Positions 29,434 through 37,643 of a DNA stretch of 64,000 nt are shown one piece after another. This DNA comes from an uncultured Alphaproteobacteria bacterium. Lineage in GTDB: Bacteria; Pseudomonadota; Alphaproteobacteria; HIMB59; GCA-002718135. The DNA lies in the NCBI GenBank assembly GCA_902539825.1, contig CACBMH010000003.1, forward strand, positions 2,592 to 66,591. Reading direction: 5' to 3'. The number at the start of each line of letters is the position of its first letter. Within the stretch, counting starts at the first letter, position 1. A program made the translations under genes and the position numbers. The notes below the pieces were generated by a model, which saw only the letters and a program-made list of their open reading frames with translations, searched no databases and was not told the DNA's origin.

Positions 29434-30618
29434 GTGAGTAAAATTGTAAGTGTTAAAGCAAAGGTCTATAAATGGACAGGGCCCGTTCAAAAAATTCACG
29501 AAAATTTTTGCACAAATGCTGCAGATATTGTGAATCAAGAAAATATTTCAAATGATAGATGGACAACATATAAATTTCATAGCTGGTTAGTTGTTGAGAT
29601 AGAAACAAGTGATGGTTTGGTAGGTTTAGGTAATGCAGCATTATCCCCAGAACCATGTAAATCAGTTGTAGATACTTACTTAGCTCCAGCCATTATTGGT
29701 GAAAGTATATGGGATTATGAGCATATATGGCAAAAGATGTATCGCCAAACACTTGCTTGGGGGAGAAAAGGTGTAGGTATGACAGCTATTAGTGCTGTTG
29801 ATATTGCAATATGGGATGCACTAGGAAAATCTGCTAAACAACCCGTATTCAAATTATTAGGTGGAAAAACTAAATCAAAACTCCCCTGTTATGCAAGTAA
29901 GCTTTATAGTCAACCTCTTGATAGTCTTGCAAAAGAAGCTAAGGATTATGTTGATCAAGGTTTTAAAGCAATGAAATTAAGACTTGGTTGGGGTCCCACT
30001 GATGGTGCTGAAGGTATGCATAAAAATATTGAGTTAATCAAAACAGTGCGATCAGTTGTTGGTGATAATGTTGATCTTATGGCAGATGTATATATGGGAT
30101 GGACATTTGAATATGCAAAAAGAATGATGCGATTAATTGATAATGAAAATCTTCGTTGGTTAGAAGAACCAGTTATTGCTGATGATATTGATGGTTATGC
30201 AGATCTAAAAGCCTCATGTAGAACTCCTATATCTGGTGGTGAACATGAATATACACTTTTTGGTTTTAGACAATTACTAGAAAAAAAAGCAATTGATGTT
30301 GTACAATTTGATACGAATAGAGTTGGTGGTATAACACAGGCACATAAAATTTCTGCTTTAGCTGAAGCATTTCAAATACCAGTTATTCCTCACGCAGGAC
30401 AAGTTCATAATTTTCATATTTCTATGAGTTCAGTAAACGCTCCAATAGTTGAGTATTTTCCTTTTTGGCCTGTAGAAATTGGCAATGAATTATTTTGGTA
30501 TATTTTTGATGGCGAACCTCAAGCAAAAAATGGTTTTATCGAATTAGAAGAAAATAAACATGGATTAGGTATTAAGTTATCAAATAAATATTTAGATAAA
30601 TTTGAAATTATTGAGTAG
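29434..30618 (+). CDS. enolase-superfamily acid-sugar dehydratase, L-rhamnonate dehydratase-like
   Basis: It has a GTG start. The segments GWGPTDGAEG, LMADVYMGW, WLEEP and ISGGEHE align by eye with E. coli RhamD (YfaW). Confidence 0.75.
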   Translation: MSKIVSVKAKVYKWTGPVQKIHENFCTNAADIVNQENISNDRWTTYKFHSWLVVEIETSDGLVGLGNAALSPEPCKSVVDTYLAPAIIGESIWDYEHIWQKMYRQTLAWGRKGVGMTAISAVDIAIWDALGKSAKQPVFKLLGGKTKSKLPCYASKLYSQPLDSLAKEAKDYVDQGFKAMKLRLGWGPTDGAEGMHKNIELIKTVRSVVGDNVDLMADVYMGWTFEYAKRMMRLIDNENLRWLEEPVIADDIDGYADLKASCRTPISGGEHEYTLFGFRQLLEKKAIDVVQFDTNRVGGITQAHKISALAEAFQIPVIPHAGQVHNFHISMSSVNAPIVEYFPFWPVEIGNELFWYIFDGEPQAKNGFIELEENKHGLGIKLSNKYLDKFEIIE

Positions 30619-31657
30619 AATTATTTGCAATTTCATCGTTATATGCAAAAACTGCCGGACTACCACCAGTGAACATAAAAATAACGTTTTCACCTTTCTT
30701 AATGATTCCTTTTTCAACATAATCAATTAAAGCTGCAAAACCTTTTGATGTATAAACTGGATCTAAAATAATTCCCTCTTTATTAGCTAAAAGCTTTGTT
30801 GCTTTTATTCCATCTTCTGTAGTCGCACCATATTTTTCACCTACATAATTATTGTCATGATTAATCATTTTATGTGAAAACTCTAAATTAATATCAAGCA
30901 TCTTTGCTGCATCATTACATATTCTCGCTATATCTTTTTTAATATCCATTTCCCAATAAACAGGAGAAATACCTTGAATACGAGTTGGCCAATTTAATAT
31001 CTTAGCTCCTAATTCACAACCTGCTTGTGTCATATTAGCAGCAGTAACAAATAGATGATCTGCCATAAAATTTTGCTCTTTCATTTGTAAATCAATTTCA
31101 GCCATAGCATTTGCGTAACTTATACCAGCAAGAGTAGTATCCTCTTTTCCAAATCCTCCATAAATTAATAGAGGTTTTCGACCTTCTTTCATTAACTCAT
31201 TATATTTTATATCTAAATGCTTTGGTATTTCTTCTAAATTCTCACCATCAATAACATCAACATTTGCTCCCAGAATATTATATAATAAAAAATTACCTTG
31301 CATTAAGTTTCCTTTTATTCCGTGCATTAATACTAAATAACTATCTAAATTTAGTTTATTTGCAGCAGCTACAGCTTGACGGCAAAAATTAGACTGAGAT
31401 GCAGCCCCAGTTAAAATACAGTCATAATCTCCAGATAATGTTTTAGCCATTATAAACTCTAAATGTCTTGTTTTGTTTCCCCCAAAAGCTAATGCAGTGC
31501 AGTCATCTCGTTTGATATAAAGATTTATACCCAACTCTTTAGAAATATTAGGTGCAAATTCAAGTACAGTAGGTAATTGAGCTAGATTAACTCTAGGAAT
31601 TTTATTTATTCTTGAAGTTAATTCTTCAGCAGACAAAGGATTAAAATTGTTATTCAT
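30608..31657 (-). CDS. PLP-dependent ACC deaminase / D-cysteine desulfhydrase-family enzyme
   Basis: YIKRDDCTALAFGGNKTRHLEF and SQSNFCRQ parallel DcyD/AcdS motifs. Length is 349 aa. Confidence 0.8.
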   Translation of the reverse strand: MNNNFNPLSAEELTSRINKIPRVNLAQLPTVLEFAPNISKELGINLYIKRDDCTALAFGGNKTRHLEFIMAKTLSGDYDCILTGAASQSNFCRQAVAAANKLNLDSYLVLMHGIKGNLMQGNFLLYNILGANVDVIDGENLEEIPKHLDIKYNELMKEGRKPLLIYGGFGKEDTTLAGISYANAMAEIDLQMKEQNFMADHLFVTAANMTQAGCELGAKILNWPTRIQGISPVYWEMDIKKDIARICNDAAKMLDINLEFSHKMINHDNNYVGEKYGATTEDGIKATKLLANKEGIILDPVYTSKGFAALIDYVEKGIIKKGENVIFMFTGGSPAVFAYNDEIANNSTQ

Positions 31658-31676
31658 CTATTTTAATAATTTTTAA

Positions 31677-33410
31677 TTAATGACTATGTCTTTTTACTTC
31701 AGCTCCTCTTTTTCCAATAAGAAAATCTAGATCTGCTCCTTTGTCAGCTTGCATAACATGCTCTACGTACATTTTTTGATAACCACCTGTGATTTCTGGA
31801 ACAACAGGTGAATAATTTTCTAGACGATTTTTTATTATTTCTTCATTGACTTTTAAGTTCATTATACCTTGATCAACATCTACTTCTATTTCATCACCAT
31901 TTTGAACTGCTGCTAAAGGACCTTTAACTGCAGCTTCTGGAGATGTATGAAGTATTACCGTACCGTATGCTGTACCACTCATTCTAGCGTCAGATATTCT
32001 AATCATATCTCTCACACCTTTTTTAAGAACTTTTTGTGGAAGACGCATATTACCTACTTCAGCCATACCAGGGTAACCCTTTGGCCCACAATTTTTTAAA
32101 ACTAATATTGAATTTTCATCAACGTCTAAATTGGGATCATCAATCTTTTCATGAAATTCTTCTACACTTTCAAAAACTACCGCTTTTCCAGTATGTTTCA
32201 TTAATTCTGGTGATGCAGCTGATGGTTTAATAATTGCACCATTTGGAGCAATATTACCCCTAAGAATTTTAATTCCTCCATTTTTTGTTAATGGATTTTC
32301 AAATTCTTTGATAACATCATTGTTCCAACATTTAGCATTTATATTATTCTCAGATATAGTTTTTCCATTAACAGTCATTTCATTTTCTTCTAATAGATTT
32401 TTTTCCATTAATCTTTTTATAACTACAGGAACACCACCTGCATAATAAAAATCTTCCATTAAGTATTTTCCAGAAGGTTGTAGATTTACTAATGTTGGAA
32501 TACCATCTCCACATTTATTCCAATCTTCTAAATCTAAATCTATTTCCATTCGACCTGCGATTGCAGCTAGATGGATAACTGCATTTGTAGATCCCCCTAT
32601 TGCTCCATTGACCTTGATTGCATTTTCAAATGATTTTTTTGTAACAATTTTTGACATAGTTATATCTTCCTTAACCATTTCAACAATTCTTTTTCCAGAC
32701 ATATGAGCTAAAGCATATCTTCTTGAGTCAACTGCAGGTATCGCAGCATTTCCAGGTAGTGACATCCCTAATGCTTCCACCATTGATCCCATTGTTGATG
32801 CGGTACCCATTGTCATACAATTACCTTTTGATCTACTCATTGAAATTTCTGCATTAATAAAATCTTCTTCTGTAATTACACCAGCGTTTAAATCTGCATC
32901 AAGTTTCCAAACACCAGTGCCAGAACCTATTGTTTCACCTTGATGGTGTCCATTAAGCATTGGGCCACCTGAAACACCTATTGTAGGAAGATCTACACTT
33001 GCAGCTCCCATCATTAATGAAGGTGTTGTTTTATCACATCCCATTAATAATACGACTCCGTCTATAGGATTACCCCTTATTGCCTCTTCAACATCCATAC
33101 TTGCTAAATTTCTAAACAACATAGCTGTAGGTCTTAAATTGGATTCACTTGCTGAAAAAACAGGAAATTCAAGAGGAAAACCACCAGCTTCATAAACACC
33201 TTTTTTAACAGACTCTGCTATCTCTCTGAAATGACCATTACAAGGAGTTAATTCAGACCATGTATTACAAATTCCAATTACAGGACGGCCATCAAACAAA
33301 TGATTTGGATGACCTTGATTTCTCATCCAGCCTCTATGAATAAATGTATCTCTTCGATGTGATTTAGAATTATACCAATTAGAAGATCTAAATTTATTTT
33401 TTTTATTCAT
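31677..33410 (-). CDS. IlvD/Edd-family dehydratase (aldonate dehydratase-like)
   Basis: It has CNGH, GCDKTTPS and GTASTM motifs. It is 577 aa, with an N-terminus like pentonate dehydratases. Confidence 0.85.
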   Translation of the reverse strand: MNKKNKFRSSNWYNSKSHRRDTFIHRGWMRNQGHPNHLFDGRPVIGICNTWSELTPCNGHFREIAESVKKGVYEAGGFPLEFPVFSASESNLRPTAMLFRNLASMDVEEAIRGNPIDGVVLLMGCDKTTPSLMMGAASVDLPTIGVSGGPMLNGHHQGETIGSGTGVWKLDADLNAGVITEEDFINAEISMSRSKGNCMTMGTASTMGSMVEALGMSLPGNAAIPAVDSRRYALAHMSGKRIVEMVKEDITMSKIVTKKSFENAIKVNGAIGGSTNAVIHLAAIAGRMEIDLDLEDWNKCGDGIPTLVNLQPSGKYLMEDFYYAGGVPVVIKRLMEKNLLEENEMTVNGKTISENNINAKCWNNDVIKEFENPLTKNGGIKILRGNIAPNGAIIKPSAASPELMKHTGKAVVFESVEEFHEKIDDPNLDVDENSILVLKNCGPKGYPGMAEVGNMRLPQKVLKKGVRDMIRISDARMSGTAYGTVILHTSPEAAVKGPLAAVQNGDEIEVDVDQGIMNLKVNEEIIKNRLENYSPVVPEITGGYQKMYVEHVMQADKGADLDFLIGKRGAEVKRHSH

Positions 33411-33442
33411 GTGTGAAAGTTTTAGCTAAATAAAGTAAAAAA

Positions 33443-34318
33443 TCAAATTTTAAATTTATTATCTTCAAGTCCAGACACATTAACATTTAATGCAAATAGA
33501 CTACCATCATATTGATTTTTACCTGAATTTGTAGCACTTGTAATAAATAAAGTTTTAAGATCACTTCCTCCAAATACACAATTTGTTACGTTTTCAACAG
33601 GTAGCTCATAGATTTTATCTATTCTTCCTTTAGGATCAATTCTCACTACACATGAACCACCCCAACGACAATTCCAAATAAAGCCATCGCCATCAATAGT
33701 TGATCCATCTGGAGCACCTCTATCAAAATTGAAAAAATTTTTTTTGTCTGACAAACTACCTTCATCTAGGTTAAAATTGTATTCTAGTAATGATCCCTCA
33801 GTTGTATCGGCAAAATAAAATTTCGTATTATCTGGACTCCAAACAAATGTGTTAGGTATACCAAGATTTGTTTCAACAATATTTACCTTATTATCAGATA
33901 GACAATATAAACTTCCAGATTTAGCATTTAAAGATTTTGGACTTCCATCTTGATTAAAATTATTTTGCATAGTGCCAAACCAGAGCCTGCCCCTAGCATC
34001 AGATGCACCATCATTAGATCTATTTGTTAAAATATCATCTTCAACATTAATTATTCTTTCGTATTTTTTAGATTGAAAGTTAAATTTATTTACTCCATTA
34101 TTTGAGACTAAAGCAATTTCATTTTTTGAGATTATTGATGTCGCTGTTACAAAATCAGGTAAATCAAAAGTTTCTAATTTTTCGTTATCTAAATCAATTC
34201 TGAATAAAACTGATTTTGGTTTAATATCTACCCAAAGTAAACTTTGATCAATTGAAGACCACGTGATACCTTCTCCCAAACTATTTTTTACATCTTTATA
34301 TAATTCGACCTTACTCAT
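33443..34318 (-). CDS. SMP-30/gluconolactonase/LRE-family lactonase
   Basis: It has GEGITWS, NDGASDARGRLWFGTM and PDGSTIDGDGFIW beta-propeller motifs and is 291 aa. Confidence 0.85.
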   Translation of the reverse strand: MSKVELYKDVKNSLGEGITWSSIDQSLLWVDIKPKSVLFRIDLDNEKLETFDLPDFVTATSIISKNEIALVSNNGVNKFNFQSKKYERIINVEDDILTNRSNDGASDARGRLWFGTMQNNFNQDGSPKSLNAKSGSLYCLSDNKVNIVETNLGIPNTFVWSPDNTKFYFADTTEGSLLEYNFNLDEGSLSDKKNFFNFDRGAPDGSTIDGDGFIWNCRWGGSCVVRIDPKGRIDKIYELPVENVTNCVFGGSDLKTLFITSATNSGKNQYDGSLFALNVNVSGLEDNKFKI

Positions 34319-34362
34319 ATTTTAGATCATTATAATAAAATTTAAAATTTATGAAGATAAGT

Positions 34363-35367
34363 TTAGAGATAATGTGCTTTATCTTTAATACGAGCCATTA
34401 CTTCTTTGGTCGCTTCTTCAGATCCATCATGGAACGTACCCATTAATTTATCTAAGAAACTAGTATTTCCACCTGAATAATTGCATTCAAAATATTTATG
34501 ATGAATATAATGCATATAATCACCTGTTGGAATTGATACACCATTTTTGAAAGTCATTTTTTCATATCCTGTATGTCCAGGTGTAGGTGCTAAACCAGCA
34601 TGAAATACATGATACATCGCAACAAGAGGATGTGAAGGGATTATCCAATGAACTAAGATTCCTGAAAAATAGAGTATATGCTCTATTGGATGCATAGACA
34701 TACCTGACCAAGCACCTGTATTCGTATTACGGTGGTGTACTTTATGTGCAATTTTATAAAGTGGTGCCCAGTGTAGTAATCTATGAGTTAAGTAAAAATG
34801 TGCGTCTCTTATAAACGGAACAAGAAAGAACATAAAACAACAATATATTGGATACGCCTCCCAGCTTACGTAAGGGATTATTTGATTTGCAAATGCCCAA
34901 AATGTAATTACTTCATAAGCTGTCCACAATGGAATAGCACTACAAAAAGTATAGAATAGGTTATCTTTAGTCTGATCATTAAATAGAAATGTTGAGTTAT
35001 TTTTCTCCAAAGGTCGCGGATTATATTTAAATGAAGTTCCTTGTCTCTTTAATCTTAAATGAAAGAAGCCTGTCCAGAGCAAAATAATAACTGCATTTCT
35101 AAAAAATATATATGATATCCATCCTATTTCAAAAGTTTTCATTGTCTCTAAAGAAGGAGTCAAAAAAAGATATGTAGCAACTGTTATTGCTGCAAAGACA
35201 AAAGTCCATGGGAAAAAAATTCCAGGAAATTTAAAAAAATACTTTAAAAATTTTATTGGGTTAAAAAATATATCTTTAGGTGGGTTAATACTTATTGTAC
35301 CAAATGGTTTCCAATGACCTCTTTTATCTCTTGTACCAAAATCACTGTCATTTAGTTGATTACTCAT
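34363..35367 (-). CDS. fatty-acid-hydroxylase / sterol-desaturase-superfamily membrane di-iron oxygenase
   Basis: It has His boxes HRLLH, HKVHH, HPIEH and HYIHH, and several TM helices. Confidence 0.8.
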   Translation of the reverse strand: MSNQLNDSDFGTRDKRGHWKPFGTISINPPKDIFFNPIKFLKYFFKFPGIFFPWTFVFAAITVATYLFLTPSLETMKTFEIGWISYIFFRNAVIILLWTGFFHLRLKRQGTSFKYNPRPLEKNNSTFLFNDQTKDNLFYTFCSAIPLWTAYEVITFWAFANQIIPYVSWEAYPIYCCFMFFLVPFIRDAHFYLTHRLLHWAPLYKIAHKVHHRNTNTGAWSGMSMHPIEHILYFSGILVHWIIPSHPLVAMYHVFHAGLAPTPGHTGYEKMTFKNGVSIPTGDYMHYIHHKYFECNYSGGNTSFLDKLMGTFHDGSEEATKEVMARIKDKAHYL

Positions 35368-35405
35368 AATGTATTTATAGTATATTTTGAATAAAAAAAA
35401 AGAGA

Positions 35406-36422
35406 CTAAATTGTCGTATCTGGAACCTTCACATCAATATAATAATTTTTATCTTTATATTGCTTAAATATTGCTGGGATTATTGATCTATAAGCAGAAA
35501 TTATTCCGTTGTGAGGTTCTGGCATTTGATTTTTAACTATTTTGTGAAATTTTTTTAAATTATGGCATGGAATTTTTGGGAAAATATGGTGCTCAATATG
35601 ATACTCCATGTTTGAATATAAAAAACTAAAAAAGGGATTCATAATAACAGTTCTTGTACTTTTTCTATGATCTTTAATATTATCGGCTAGTCCTGCGTGT
35701 TGAGTCATGGCACAAATCATTAATACAGTGTTGCCATAAAATGGAGGAAAAATTATCATAATAATTGGCAACCATGATTGAAGCAAAACTGAGGATAAAA
35801 TTACAAGTAGCCAAAAACTTAAATATAATCTTGAACTATTAATTATTTTTTTTATCTCCTTTTCAGGTACTGTAACTTTTACAACAGGAGTAATTATCCC
35901 AAATGAATGTTTAATAATTTCAAAATGCGTAAAATGTCTTATTTTTTGAATATTAATTATTGGACCAAGGGGTAAAAAATTTAAAAGAAATCTGATAGGT
36001 TCTGTTGGTTTCGGACTATTATTTTCGTAATCATACACCTCCTCATGTGTAAATATGGTGTAAGTATGGTGATGAAAATGACTCCACTTCCATCTAACTG
36101 CCTCAAAACCACCGAGTAAAGAAGTTATATGATAAAGAAATTTATTTAACGCTCTTGTTTTAAAATATGTTTCGTGATTTGTTTCATGTTGAATGCTTAT
36201 GATTTTACAATAGAAAATATTTCCATAAAGTAAAAGAGCAGGTATTGACCATAAACTACCCCAACTTATAATACACAGATATCCACTTAATATTAAAGCA
36301 ACAATAAATACGGATATATCTAATAAACCTTTTATATCGGATCTCGTAGAAAGTTCCTTTAAAGTTTTCTTATCTATTTTTGGTTTATACCAAGTTTTTA
36401 AATCAACTTCGCCCGCAAACAT
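35406..36422 (-). CDS. fatty-acid-desaturase-family membrane di-iron protein (paralog B)
   Basis: It has His boxes HETNH, SHFHHH and HIEHH with TM helices. It is clearly paralogous to the 38879..39865 gene. Confidence 0.8.
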   Translation of the reverse strand: MFAGEVDLKTWYKPKIDKKTLKELSTRSDIKGLLDISVFIVALILSGYLCIISWGSLWSIPALLLYGNIFYCKIISIQHETNHETYFKTRALNKFLYHITSLLGGFEAVRWKWSHFHHHTYTIFTHEEVYDYENNSPKPTEPIRFLLNFLPLGPIINIQKIRHFTHFEIIKHSFGIITPVVKVTVPEKEIKKIINSSRLYLSFWLLVILSSVLLQSWLPIIMIIFPPFYGNTVLMICAMTQHAGLADNIKDHRKSTRTVIMNPFFSFLYSNMEYHIEHHIFPKIPCHNLKKFHKIVKNQMPEPHNGIISAYRSIIPAIFKQYKDKNYYIDVKVPDTTI

Positions 36423-36425
36423 TAA

Positions 36426-37253
36426 TCAAAATTTTTCTGAAAGCTTTAAAAATTTTTCAAATTCACCTTCATCAATGTTAACAGTGATTTTAGGATCATT
36501 AAATTTTTTGTTTACCGTATCATCGTGAAACTCTTTGAATGCATTTACTCTTTCAGCTTGTAGTTTTGAAAATTCTTTTTTAAAATCTCTATAAATTCTC
36601 GCATGTCTTGGAATTTTTCCTTGAGTATATCCGAGTACATCATTAGCAAATAAATATTGCCCATCACATCCAGAACCACTTCCCATTGAGAGAGTCATGA
36701 TATCAACTTTTTTTGTAATAACTTCTGCAACTTTTGGTGGAACTACTTCGAGTTCAACTCCAATAGCACCCGCTTCTTGTAACTCAAGAGTATGTTCTAA
36801 TATTCTTATGGCTTTATCTGCTGTTTTACCTTGTGCAACAAATCCTCCAATCCAAGTAGCATTTCCTGGAACTAATCCAACATGACTATTAATTGGAACA
36901 TATTCATCTCTTAATGCTCTAATCCATTTGTAGCTCCAATTACCACCATAGATAACATCTGCACCAATGTCTAAATACTTGTGTGATAGTTTCATAGCTT
37001 CGTATTCAGAAGCTACTCTTACTGCTCCTCCAGATTGCATAAAGCAAGTTGGTGCAGCCTCACGAATTCGCTTAAGCTCATCAAAAGAATTGAAAATACC
37101 AAATTGTGGAGCATCATGAGAAGTACAAATCATGTCAATGCCTGCCTCTTCAGCTGCTGCAGCTTCATCAGCATTATGCACGAACATAACACTTAGTTGT
37201 CTTTTACCCTTGCATTGCAAATAATCATAAACTGTAAGTTTTTTTCTGCTCAT
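36426..37253 (-). CDS. PanB-like (ketopantoate hydroxymethyltransferase family, PEP/pyruvate-domain TIM barrel) enzyme
   Basis: VGLVPGNATWIGGF..QGKT....LE....LQEAGA..VELEVVP..VAE.IT and GSGSGCDGQ align by eye with E. coli PanB. It is embedded between oxygenase genes. Confidence 0.7.
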   Translation of the reverse strand: MSRKKLTVYDYLQCKGKRQLSVMFVHNADEAAAAEEAGIDMICTSHDAPQFGIFNSFDELKRIREAAPTCFMQSGGAVRVASEYEAMKLSHKYLDIGADVIYGGNWSYKWIRALRDEYVPINSHVGLVPGNATWIGGFVAQGKTADKAIRILEHTLELQEAGAIGVELEVVPPKVAEVITKKVDIMTLSMGSGSGCDGQYLFANDVLGYTQGKIPRHARIYRDFKKEFSKLQAERVNAFKEFHDDTVNKKFNDPKITVNIDEGEFEKFLKLSEKF

Positions 37254-37273
37254 AAAATCTCCAAAAAAAATAG

Positions 37274-37591
37274 TTAATCTATCTTAATGAAAATTTTGTC
37301 ATTATCAACTTTAACTGGATATGTTTTTAAATCCTCACACGCTGGTGGGCTTAAAGCTTCTCCGGATTTAATATTAAAAATTCCCTGGTGCATTGGACAT
37401 TCAATTTCATCATCCATAACCAAACCATCTTCAAGATGTACCGCCTCGTGTGTACAAATTCCATCAGTAGCATAAAAACCATCTGTTAGCTTATACACAC
37501 AAAAAGTTTTATCTTGATGATCAAATCTGATGAGATCCTCTTCTTCAATACTATCTGTAGCCCCTACTTCAATCCAATTTTCTTCAGACAT
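37274..37591 (-). CDS. Rieske-type [2Fe-2S] ferredoxin
   Basis: It has CTHEAVH and CPMHQG ligand motifs and is a 105-aa stand-alone protein. Confidence 0.9.
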   Translation of the reverse strand: MSEENWIEVGATDSIEEEDLIRFDHQDKTFCVYKLTDGFYATDGICTHEAVHLEDGLVMDDEIECPMHQGIFNIKSGEALSPPACEDLKTYPVKVDNDKIFIKID

Positions 37592-37643
37592 AATTTGTAT
37601 ATAATAGCTATTTTATGAAAATAAATACAAAATAATTAAATTG

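Noticed and set aside
30608-30618. The 11-nt overlap of the convergent dehydratase and PLP-enzyme genes, considered as a sign of mis-assembly or frameshift.
   Set aside because: Both reading frames are full length with intact C-terminal regions. Convergent 3' overlaps also occur elsewhere in this window (for example 42826..42829), consistent with general genome compaction.
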